57,072 nt of DNA, taken from a virus (lineage: Duplodnaviria; Caudoviricetes). The notes beneath the pieces were generated by a model. The model was not told the origin of the DNA. It ran no database searches and saw nothing but the letters and a program-made list of their open reading frames with translations. The DNA is taken from positions 1 through 57,072 of the IMG/VR virus record IMGVR_UViG_3300034283_002112; one strand, written 5' to 3'. Shown here one piece after another: positions 8,948-18,700 of the stretch (the first letter of the stretch is position 1; every line of letters begins with the position of its first letter). A program made the translations under genes and the position numbers.

Positions 8948-10444
8948 ATGGCAGAAGACGTCCAAAGAACACGCGGTCGGCCGCAGAATTACAAGCAAGA
9001 TCGCGGCGGTGTGCCAGCAGAATACGGTCCATACCTAGGCAAGGTAATGAGCAATGTGGACCCTACTCGTGCTGGACGTTTGCGTGTGTTTATTGAAGCG
9101 TTTGCCGACGGACCCCAGGACGATGACAACAAGTGGATTACTGTGAGTTACCTGCCTAACTACTACGGCTCCACACCCAACGCAGGCACAGGCACAGGCA
9201 CAGGCACATACCCTGGCAATCGCAACAGCTATGGCATGTGGTTTACCCCGCCAGACGTGGGCATAACAGTGATATGTATTTTTGCCAATGGTGATCGCAA
9301 CCAAGGTTTTTATATTGGTGTGGTACCTGAACAAGCATCTACACACATGGTTCCGGCCATTGGAGCCAGCAAAAAATTCACAGTGGCCAACCAAACTCAA
9401 CAAAGATTTTTCTATGGTGCTACTCAACTGCCGGTGGCCGAAATCAACGTTAACGATCCAGACATTATTAACCAGCCTCGATATTTTGAAGAAGCCAAGC
9501 CTGTGCACAGTTTCCAGGCCGCAATTATGTTTCAGCAGGGCCTGATACGTGATGTTAATCGCGGTCCTATTTCTAGCACTAGTCAACGTGAAACTCCCAG
9601 TCAGGTGTTTGGTATCAGTACACCTGGACGTCCAATTTATCTAGGCGGAAAAACACAAGAAGAAGTTATACAAAATCTTGACAACATACAATCAGGAGAA
9701 CTAAAAGTAATTGGCCGACTGGGTGGTCATACGCTGGTCATGGATGATGGCGCTACGGATGGCAAAGATCAACTGGTAAGGATTCGTTCAGCCAAAGGTC
9801 ACCAGATAACCATGCACGACAGTGAAGAATTTTTCTATATCACGCATGCCAATGGAAAAACCTGGATTGAATTTGGCAAAGAAGGCACCGTAGATGTTTA
9901 CAGTACTAATTCTGTGAATGTTCGTACTGCAGGCACAATAAATCTGCACGCCGACCAAGACATCAACATGTTTGCTGGTAGAAAAATCAACATGAGAAGT
10001 TTAGATGACTTCAACGTTGAGTCAGTGAAAAATATCAACATCAGTTCTGAAGCTAACTTGACTGTGTATGGAAAAACTGCGGTGCGAGTCAAATCTGACG
10101 GCACATTGGCCATACAAAGTGCCAGCACCGGATCCTGGGGAGCCAGTGCATTGGTCTTCAAAGGAGACACTATTGACTTGAATGGTCCATGGGCGCCCAC
10201 GGTTACCAAACCTGCACCAATTGTGATATCTTCACTGGATGACACTGAATTCAACGCCAGCGAAGGATGGCAGGTCAAAGCAGCAGCAATTAAAACATCA
10301 GCCACACGAGCACCCACACACGAACCGTATCCGTATCACAATCAAGGTATATCTACTGCTAGTCCGGCTGCATCTTCGGCCAGTAACACACCTCCAGGAT
10401 CTCAGTCGGTGCCGGCTGGGGTCTCAGTGGGCAGAAATCCTTAA
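8948..10444 (+). CDS. Baseplate central spike, gp5/VgrG/gpV-like
   Basis: N-terminal OB-fold motif GPYLGKVMSNVDPTRAGRLRVFI...GMWFTPPDVG, a beta-helix region (GHTLVMDDG...INLHADQDINMFAG), and a His-containing apex PTHEPYPYH. No lysozyme domain is recognisable. Confidence 0.75.
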   Translation: MAEDVQRTRGRPQNYKQDRGGVPAEYGPYLGKVMSNVDPTRAGRLRVFIEAFADGPQDDDNKWITVSYLPNYYGSTPNAGTGTGTGTYPGNRNSYGMWFTPPDVGITVICIFANGDRNQGFYIGVVPEQASTHMVPAIGASKKFTVANQTQQRFFYGATQLPVAEINVNDPDIINQPRYFEEAKPVHSFQAAIMFQQGLIRDVNRGPISSTSQRETPSQVFGISTPGRPIYLGGKTQEEVIQNLDNIQSGELKVIGRLGGHTLVMDDGATDGKDQLVRIRSAKGHQITMHDSEEFFYITHANGKTWIEFGKEGTVDVYSTNSVNVRTAGTINLHADQDINMFAGRKINMRSLDDFNVESVKNINISSEANLTVYGKTAVRVKSDGTLAIQSASTGSWGASALVFKGDTIDLNGPWAPTVTKPAPIVISSLDDTEFNASEGWQVKAAAIKTSATRAPTHEPYPYHNQGISTASPAASSASNTPPGSQSVPAGVSVGRNP

Positions 10445-10460
10445 CAAGGCATAGTCTACC

Positions 10461-11867
10461 ATGGCAACATATAATTTTCGTAATGTAGATAACGGTCTTT
10501 CTTATTTTGTAAGAGGGCCAGCCTCTCTAACCAAAGAACAAGCAGAAAGAATTTATAACCAGCAGCAATCAGCAGGAGCTTTGATAGCTATACAGCCTGG
10601 GCAAGCAATCACAGCAGAATTTCAATTGTCCAATGGCCTTACTACAGCTCAATCAGCAGTGACCAAAGACATTGCACAATTTTCAAGTGTTATTGCTGAC
10701 AAGTTAGGAGAACTGCCCAAGATTGGTGTGACCAATGGAATAACTATTGCAAACTATGCCAAGCAGGCTCCTGTTGTAGAAGGCATAAAAAACATATCTA
10801 GTGTCGAAGTCACAGGGGTGTTGGCGCAGTGCCAAAATCTCACGCAACAAAAAGCCACAGAAGCCACCAATCTGGGAGCCGGCAAGTATGCATTTACTGT
10901 TTCGCAATTGGAACGTGCAGGATACGTTAAGCCTGGCGCCACCGCCACTTTCATGACTTCGGGCACACGCAGTACTCTTACTGTGTTGAATATGACAGAA
11001 ATTTGGTCAGGTAAAGATGGCATATTTAATCTAAATCAGTTGTTGTCCAACTCATCGTTGCAAGATACAATTCAACAATTTTTAATGAGTTCAGGACTAG
11101 ATCAGCTGGCCGAAGTGGGCATTGATGTAGACCAGTTGCCCTCAAAAACTCAGGCCGGTCTAGCATGTCTCAGCGCCATTGATCCAGCACTGGCAGTGAA
11201 CTGGGTTAAAAATACGTCAGCAGCCACATCCATTGCAGTACTTGGACGAATTGGTCCAGCAACAGCAATCGCGGCAAGCTCTGGAGGTTTTAAAAATTGG
11301 CAAGCTCCAGATCGCATTGTCAGAGACGCAGCATTTGCTTGTGATTTTTCTGCTACAAAGACCAACAATGCCATGCGCAACGAAACAACTGAAGTTTTTG
11401 TAATCAACCCTGAAACTATTGTTGAGCAGCAGGTGATAAATTTTGCCTGTAATCAAATTGTGGGCAATGATAAAGTGGCAAAAATAGGCTACGGAGGCAC
11501 CCTACCTCCTGCTAACTTGGTCCAGACGCTGACAGAACTCACACAGGAGCTGACCAGTATCAGCAACCAAACCACAGCGGCACTAGAGCAAAAAATCACA
11601 GTGTTTAATGCATCAGTTCGCCGTACTCAGTTAGAAACGTATCGTAAAGAACTGGTGAATCTCAATGCCAATTTTTCTTTACTGACCAACAAGGCCTTGA
11701 CAGCTACACCGGTGTCTGCACAGTTTTTAGCTGATATCGAAGTGCAACGCTTGTCTATCCAAAGTTTAGTTTTAAGAATAGATCAAGTACTGCAAGTGAT
11801 AGCGCAGGTGTTAGGTCAACGCACAATTAGAACACTAGGCGATATAGTCAGTGGTGCTGGTGCATAA
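10461..11867 (+). CDS. Hypothetical baseplate-associated protein (possible lysozyme-like central domain, C-terminal coiled coil)
   Basis: 468-aa ORF between the spike and gp25 genes. The GAGKYAFTVSQLERAGYVKPG segment only weakly recalls phage lysozyme-like domains. Confidence 0.45.
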   Translation: MATYNFRNVDNGLSYFVRGPASLTKEQAERIYNQQQSAGALIAIQPGQAITAEFQLSNGLTTAQSAVTKDIAQFSSVIADKLGELPKIGVTNGITIANYAKQAPVVEGIKNISSVEVTGVLAQCQNLTQQKATEATNLGAGKYAFTVSQLERAGYVKPGATATFMTSGTRSTLTVLNMTEIWSGKDGIFNLNQLLSNSSLQDTIQQFLMSSGLDQLAEVGIDVDQLPSKTQAGLACLSAIDPALAVNWVKNTSAATSIAVLGRIGPATAIAASSGGFKNWQAPDRIVRDAAFACDFSATKTNNAMRNETTEVFVINPETIVEQQVINFACNQIVGNDKVAKIGYGGTLPPANLVQTLTELTQELTSISNQTTAALEQKITVFNASVRRTQLETYRKELVNLNANFSLLTNKALTATPVSAQFLADIEVQRLSIQSLVLRIDQVLQVIAQVLGQRTIRTLGDIVSGAGA

Positions 11868-11870
11868 ATA
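11865..11870 (+). promoter_or_regulatory. Late promoter core TAAATA
   Basis: Overlaps the upstream stop codon and lies 5 nt before ATG 11876. Confidence 0.5.
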
Positions 11871-11875
11871 TTATC

Positions 11876-12250
11876 ATGACCGTATTTGTTGGATTCAATA
11901 CTATTAACCAGTTCAAAAAGTTTACACTGACAGACTTTGATCTAATCAAGCGTGACCTACTGAACGCATTTAATATTCGCCAAGGACAACTGCCTGGGCG
12001 TCCTGCATATGGCAGTTCGATCTATGATTTTTTATTCGAGCCACAGACTCAAAAAACACAGCAAGAAGTAATTCAAGAAATACAAAGAGTGGCGGGCGGC
12101 GATCCAAGAATTTATGTCAGCGACCTTCAGTGCTATCCACAAGAAAACGGCCTGTTGGTGGAATTACAAATACAGGTCATTCCATCTAAAAACGCCGAAC
12201 GCCTAAGCATCTTTTTTGATCAACAACAACGCAATGCCAGCTATGTATAA
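11876..12250 (+). CDS. gp25: Baseplate wedge / sheath-initiator protein, gp25-like
   Basis: LIKRDLLNAFNIRQGQLPGRPAYGSSIYDFLFEP...DPRI is the GPW/gp25 pattern; 124 aa; precedes the gp6-like gene. Confidence 0.85.
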   Translation: MTVFVGFNTINQFKKFTLTDFDLIKRDLLNAFNIRQGQLPGRPAYGSSIYDFLFEPQTQKTQQEVIQEIQRVAGGDPRIYVSDLQCYPQENGLLVELQIQVIPSKNAERLSIFFDQQQRNASYV

Positions 12251-12277
12251 CTGAGCCGTTTTTTGTCACCATAAATA
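12249..12277 (+). promoter_or_regulatory. Late promoter (TAAATA) with an upstream T-tract motif
   Basis: aactgagccgttttttgtcaccaTAAATA precedes ATG 12305. Confidence 0.55.
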
Positions 12278-12304
12278 CTTCAAGGTGACTTAAGGTTAAC
12301 AAGC

Positions 12305-15300
12305 ATGGCAAAAACCACTAGACAAACGGCAATATTTGGTGTAGAAGACTGGAAACAGATCTATCAAACCTATCGTGAAGCTGACTTCCAAAGCTACGAT
12401 TTTGAAACTCTGCGCAAGAGTTTCATAGACTATCTACGTTTGTATTATCCTGAAACGTTCAACGACTACATTGAAAGCAGTGAGTTTATTGCACTGTTGG
12501 ACGTGATTGCGTTTATGGGACAAAGCCTTGCATTCCGTACGGATCTTAACACTCGCGAAAACTACCTAGACACTGCTGAACGTAGAGATTCGGTGGTGCG
12601 ACTTGCCAACCTTGTTAGCTACAGTCCCAAACGTAATACCGCAGCGCAAGGACTGCTCAAAGTTTTTAGCATGAGCACCACTGAAAATGTTATAGACTAT
12701 AACGGTGTAAATCTTAGCAATGTCACGGTTAACTGGGCAGACCCAACCAACCCAGACTGGCAAGAGCAGTTCACAACCATTATCAATGCCAGCTTGGTAG
12801 ACAGTCAACGCATAGGTCGTCCGGGCAACCGCCAGACTATACTGGGTGTACGCACTGACGAATACGCTATTAACTTGCTGCCAGGATTTTTGCCTGTGAT
12901 TCCTTACACAGCCACGGTAGATGGAGTAAGCATGCCTTTTGAAGCTGTAACATCAACATCTATCAATCGTGACTACATCTACGAACCAAGCCCCCGGCCC
13001 AATTCTCCATTTAATATTTTGTTCCGTAATGATCAGCTGGGGTTTGACAGCGCCAACACAGGATACTTCTTTGCGTTCAAGCAAGGTACACTGACCAACA
13101 CTGACTTTAACCTAGCTGAACGTATCAGTAACCGTACAGTGAACATCAATGTAGAAGGCGTCAACGACGAAGATCGTTGGTTGTTTCAACTTGACAACAT
13201 TGGCAACATTGCTCGTGAGTGGGCCTACGTAGAAAGTGTGTACACTGCCGCCGCTGAACAACAGGTAGAACTACGCCCAATTTTTTCTACAACCAGTAGA
13301 ACCAATGATCAAATTACCCTGGTGTTTGGTGACGGTGTGTTTTCAGAAATTCCTGTGGGTATTTTCCGTTGTTATACCCGAGCCAGCAATGGTCTAGAAT
13401 ACATTGTCAACCCAGAAGAAATGCAGGCAGTGTCACTGCCTATCAGCTACACTGATCGTAATGGAAATTTGCAGACCGTAACATTCACTTGTGGCATTAC
13501 TCAGCCAGTGACCAATGCACAAGCACGTGAAACTATTGATGCTATCAAACAACGTGCTCCTGCTCGTTATTACACACAAAACCGCATGGTCAACGGCGAA
13601 GACTATAATATCTTTCCGTTCACGGCCTACAACTCAATTATCAAGAGCAAGGCTCTAAACCGTTCAAGTATTGGTACCAGCCGCTATCTTGATCTTGTGG
13701 ACAACACTGGCAAATATTCCAGCACTAACACATTCTCCAGTGACGGTGCACTGTGGGAACAAAACATATTACCCGCCATACTGTTCTCATCAATCAATCG
13801 CAATGATATTGCTGACTTTGTGACCAATCAGGTGCAACCGCAGCTGAGTGAAGCTACCATGAAGCAGTTTTACTATGCTAACTTTCAACCTAGACCACAG
13901 TTGAATACTGCACCTACTGCGCTGAGTACCTGGAGTCAGAGCACCACACTGGCCAACGAAACCACTGGTTACTTTAGGAATGCAACAGGTACACCGATCC
14001 CAGTGGGCACAAACACCACTACAAATTTCAAATATGTGCAGATAGGAAGCCTGATCAAGTTTACTGCGCCCACAATCAATGGGCAGCCCTACTACTTTGA
14101 TAAAAACAATCGACTGCAACCTGGTACACCTACCCGACCTGATGAGCGGTTGGACATTTGGGCTAGTCCCATAGCCATCATTGGCGACGGCTATAACAAT
14201 GGTCTAGGCAATTTGATCAACGGACAAGGCCCAGTTACACTCAACAATTTTGTGCCCACAGGTGCTATAGTCAGCGAAGTGATACCAGTATTTGTTACTG
14301 ATTTGTCAGTGACACTGGAACAAGAAATTGGAGATCAAATTGAACTGTTACGAAACTTTGGACTGGGCTACGATTGGCTAGGCACAATAACTGGTACTAT
14401 AGGATCCTGGTATTTGATTACACAGCAAAATCTAGATATTGATGCAGAGTTTAGTTTGACCAATGCTGGTTCTACTTCGGGTACTGGCCAAGATGCCAGC
14501 TGGTTAGTGCAATTTGACGTTGAAAATCAAAACTACACAGTGACGTTACGTGGCCTAGCCTACTATTTTGGTTCAGTGCTACAGACACGATTCTTCTTTT
14601 ATGACAATCAACTGATCTACGACAGCCGCACAGGAACAGTGATCAAGGACTTTGTGAATGTGCTGGCCATGAACACACAGCCTGACAGCTCCAGTCCTTT
14701 GCCAGGTGACATATACATGACTATCATTGGCCAACCTGTGGAATCAGATGGCTACGTTGACGACTTCCAAGTCCTGGTCAGCTATCGAGATTCAGACAAC
14801 GATGGCGTACCTGATAACCCAGATTTCTTTAATGAAATTGTTGCCCCCAGTGACAACCCCAATCAGAAACTGATATTTTTACAACAAACTGTGGACTTTG
14901 ACAATCTACAACGTTATCTTCTAGTAGAAGACGGTGTGGTCAACAGTGACTATGACACCTATGATGCAATAGAGTTGGCAAAAAACGAGTGGTCACCAGG
15001 ACAGGTATTCTATGCCTACAACGAAGGTACTTTCTGGCTGCTGAGTGTCAACGTAGCCGGGGTTCGTACATTAGTTCAGCAGTCAGGCTGGATTGCACGC
15101 AATGGCCGACAAGATCTCTACTTCCAGTATCGTCACAATTCTCCGTTGACAGCAAGAATAGATCCAGGTACTACCAACATCATTGATCTTTATGTGGTTA
15201 TACAGTCCTATTATACAGCCTATCAAAACTGGATCAGAGACACTACAAACACAGTGACTGAGCCCAGTGTGCCAACCATTGATGAATTGAGCACTGCCTA

Positions 15301-15748
15301 TCAAGGCCTGCAAGATTATAAAATGATCTCAGACAACGTGGTTCTAAATTCAGTGGTATTCAAACCACTGTTTGGTGCCAAGGCTGCACAACAGCTACGA
15401 GCCACTATCAAAGTGATTCGTGCACAAGGATCAACCGCCAGCACTAGCGAAATAAAAAGCTCTGTAGTAGCAGAACTCAACAAATATTTTAGTATTGATA
15501 AATGGAATTTTGGCGACACATTCTACTTCTCAGAACTGGCAGCATATTTGCACCGTCAGCTGGGCAGCATCATTAGTTCTGTTGTGTTGGTGCCATTGGA
15601 TCCACAAAAGAGTTTTGGTGACTTGTATGAGATTAGATCTGCTCCCAACGAAATCTTCGTCAACGCAGCAGATATAACTAATATAGATGTGATTGAGGCG
15701 TTGACTAGCACCAATCTCCGAACAGCTCCTGGTAGCGGGGTAATTTAA
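12305..15748 (+). CDS. gp6: Baseplate wedge protein, gp6-like
   Basis: SYDFETLRKSFIDYL...FNDYIESSEFIALLDVIAF...YLDTAERRDSVVRLANLVSYSPKR, LVFGDGVFSEIP and ETIDAIKQRAPARYYTQNRMVNGEDY are gp6/baseplate-J hallmarks. Confidence 0.85.
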   Translation: MAKTTRQTAIFGVEDWKQIYQTYREADFQSYDFETLRKSFIDYLRLYYPETFNDYIESSEFIALLDVIAFMGQSLAFRTDLNTRENYLDTAERRDSVVRLANLVSYSPKRNTAAQGLLKVFSMSTTENVIDYNGVNLSNVTVNWADPTNPDWQEQFTTIINASLVDSQRIGRPGNRQTILGVRTDEYAINLLPGFLPVIPYTATVDGVSMPFEAVTSTSINRDYIYEPSPRPNSPFNILFRNDQLGFDSANTGYFFAFKQGTLTNTDFNLAERISNRTVNINVEGVNDEDRWLFQLDNIGNIAREWAYVESVYTAAAEQQVELRPIFSTTSRTNDQITLVFGDGVFSEIPVGIFRCYTRASNGLEYIVNPEEMQAVSLPISYTDRNGNLQTVTFTCGITQPVTNAQARETIDAIKQRAPARYYTQNRMVNGEDYNIFPFTAYNSIIKSKALNRSSIGTSRYLDLVDNTGKYSSTNTFSSDGALWEQNILPAILFSSINRNDIADFVTNQVQPQLSEATMKQFYYANFQPRPQLNTAPTALSTWSQSTTLANETTGYFRNATGTPIPVGTNTTTNFKYVQIGSLIKFTAPTINGQPYYFDKNNRLQPGTPTRPDERLDIWASPIAIIGDGYNNGLGNLINGQGPVTLNNFVPTGAIVSEVIPVFVTDLSVTLEQEIGDQIELLRNFGLGYDWLGTITGTIGSWYLITQQNLDIDAEFSLTNAGSTSGTGQDASWLVQFDVENQNYTVTLRGLAYYFGSVLQTRFFFYDNQLIYDSRTGTVIKDFVNVLAMNTQPDSSSPLPGDIYMTIIGQPVESDGYVDDFQVLVSYRDSDNDGVPDNPDFFNEIVAPSDNPNQKLIFLQQTVDFDNLQRYLLVEDGVVNSDYDTYDAIELAKNEWSPGQVFYAYNEGTFWLLSVNVAGVRTLVQQSGWIARNGRQDLYFQYRHNSPLTARIDPGTTNIIDLYVVIQSYYTAYQNWIRDTTNTVTEPSVPTIDELSTAYQGLQDYKMISDNVVLNSVVFKPLFGAKAAQQLRATIKVIRAQGSTASTSEIKSSVVAELNKYFSIDKWNFGDTFYFSELAAYLHRQLGSIISSVVLVPLDPQKSFGDLYEIRSAPNEIFVNAADITNIDVIEALTSTNLRTAPGSGVI

Positions 15749-18700
15749 TGTCAAGAATTAGAAGTGTAGAGTTTTTACCTGAGATTTTTCAAACTGATAT
15801 CAACAAGCAGTTTTTTGCTGCTACCTTGGATCAGTTGATACAAGAACCTCAATTTAAGAAGACCCAAGGCTTTATTGGCCGTACAGTGGGACCTGGAGTC
15901 AATCCCAATGATCGTTACGTAATTGAGCCCAACCGTGTTCGCGCTGACTATCAGTTAGAAGCTGGAGTGATTAGCCTTGAACCCGGTACAGGTAAAATTC
16001 AAGATGCTATCACTTATCCTGGCCTGCTGGACAGCATAGCCTATCAGATTGGTAGTCCTGGACTAACCAGTGGTCTTATCTCCACCGAAGGCGGCGACAG
16101 TATTCGTCCAGACCGACTGTTCGAAAGCCAATACTATACCTGGGACCCGTTCATTAACTGGGACACCTTTACCAACTTCAGTCAGTATTTCTGGTTGCCC
16201 AATGGGCCAGATGCTGTAACTGTGGCTGCTTCTACTGTACCAGCTACCAACAACTTCACAGTTACTCGTTCTAACGATTATTATAACTTTTCTGGAGTGC
16301 AGGGCAACGATCCTACCATTGATCTTGTGCGCGGCGGCAGCTACACTTTCCAAGTAGCTCAAAATCAAAAGCAAACCATAAACTACGGAGTAGGAAACAG
16401 CGGCACCAGTGCTTATATAATAAATCTGGCTGCAAATCCCACTGTGTCTCTGGTACGGGGAAACACCTATACCTTTACATTGAGTCTAACTGGTGACTAT
16501 CCGTTTTACATCAAAACAGCACCTACCACTGGACTGACCAATATCTACAGCAATGGCGTGACCAACAATGGTGCTGTCACGGGTGTGATCACTTTTGTTG
16601 TACCACAAAATGCTCCAGACGTATTGTACTATGCTGCTGCAAACCAAAGCAACATGCGTGGACAATTCAATGTTATTGACGCATCATCGGGCACTGGTTC
16701 TGGCTTCTGGATCCAAACAGCACCGGGAGTGAACGGGCGAATCCCAGCTACACCAAACATCAGCAGTCGTGATGTACTGGGTGTGACCAACAACGGCGAA
16801 GACCTTGGCACAATCACTTTCAACGTGCCTATCAAAACAGCACAACAATTTTATTACGGCCTACCTAACGTAGGTGGCGGTACTAGTCCTTACAATGTTG
16901 ACCTGATTACAGATCTTAAATTCAATCAAATTGATGGAATAAAAGTTACTGATTTCTTGGCTACCTATGGTGGCATCGATGGCATCACTGAACTCAATGG
17001 TCGCACATTAGTTTTTGATCAACCCATTGTGGATGTTGACCAAGGTGGCTGGTACAGCACCTCAACGTTTGATCCATTGAGTGCAGGCAGCGCCAACAAT
17101 GGTCTGCCTGGCAGCTTTGACAGCTTGCCTTATGCTCTGCAAACTACAGTACCAGTGAATGAACGATATGGTGTATGGCAAATCAACTATGTAGACAACG
17201 ATGGTTATGTGAGTATTCAGCTTGTTAGTACTCAGTTGATTGACAATTTAGAAAAATTTAATATTCTTTACGGCACTACATACGCCAGCACCAGTTGGTA
17301 TAAAAACGATGCTGGTTTCCTGCGACAAATACCGTTGCTCAGTGCCATTCAAGATACTCTGTACTATCAAGACGGCACCAATCCAGAAATTTTTGGACGT
17401 ATTCGACTAATTGAACAACCGCTGGCATCAACACTGTTTATAGAAGAAATACTAGGCAAAAAAACTTATACCAGCCCTAATGGAATTACATTTACTAACG
17501 GACTAAAAATTATTTTACGTGGTGAAGTAGAACCAGTCAGTTATGCTGAAAAAGAATACTATGTGTCAGGAGTAGGAACGGCCATTGAACTGTTGTTAGT
17601 ATCAAACTTTGTTGTACCTGAAACTTATGTAGTTGACGCCAACGACAGTACTGCTGTGGTAGAACCGTCTGAGCTTGACTATCTAACTATAAATCGTGCC
17701 AGCAAAGATCTCAATGCTTGGACACGCAGTAATCGATGGTTTCACATTGACGTTATCAATGCCACAGCTGAATACAACGGCACCACAGCTGATATTGACA
17801 ACAGCTACAGAGCCAAACGACCAATTATTGAGTTTCGTCCAGGACTGCGCTTGTTTGACATGGGCACCGAAGGCAAGCAACCGGTTGACATTATAGATTT
17901 TGAAGAAACTGATGCTTTTTCTAATATTCAAGGCGCCACTGGCTACAGCGTTGATGGTTACAATTTAATCAACGGCAGTCGAGTTATTTTTGCTGCCGAC
18001 GAAGATGCAGATGTGCGAAACAAAATTTGGGTGGTAAACTTTGTTGAGCCAACCATACCTGGACCAGACATTATTAACCTGACCTTGGCCACCGACGGCA
18101 TAGTGTTGTTTAATCAATGTACAGTTTGCACAGAAGGTGCCACACTCAAAGGTTTGACTTTCTGGTATGACGGTGTTGAATGGATCCGAGCACAACAAAA
18201 ACAAGGTGTTCAACAAGCTCCGTTGTACGATGTTTATGATTCCAATAGCATCAGTTTTGGCAACAAAGCCGTATACCCATCGTCTACATTTGTAGGCAGC
18301 AAGTTGTTCAGCTATGCTGTGGGCAACACAGGAATATTAGATCCTATATTGCAGTTCCCTTTGCAGTACCTCAACCTCAACAACGTTGGCGATATTGTAT
18401 TTGAAAACAACTTGTACAAAGATACATTCTTGTATGTTCGGGACAACGTGTCTGTTACTGAACCCATTAGTGCAGGTTTTGTTCAAGAATTTTTAACTAG
18501 AACAACAAGTGCTCGAGGCATTGGATGGAAAGTAGCAGCCACTGACACTCAAATTCGACAACAGTTTAAATTTACCTACACCGGTGATCCATTAAAGTTA
18601 GATATCAAAGTTGAGTCAACGGTGGCACCTTTACAAAATCCTGTGCCTCCAGTCAAAGTATATGTTGCTTCAGAATTCAAAGATCCAGACACATATACTG

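Noticed and set aside
9183-9208. (CAGGCA)x4 microsatellite in the spike gene
   Set aside because: It is an in-frame hexamer encoding a GTGTGTGT linker. Copy-number change would not shift the frame, so there is no support for phase variation.
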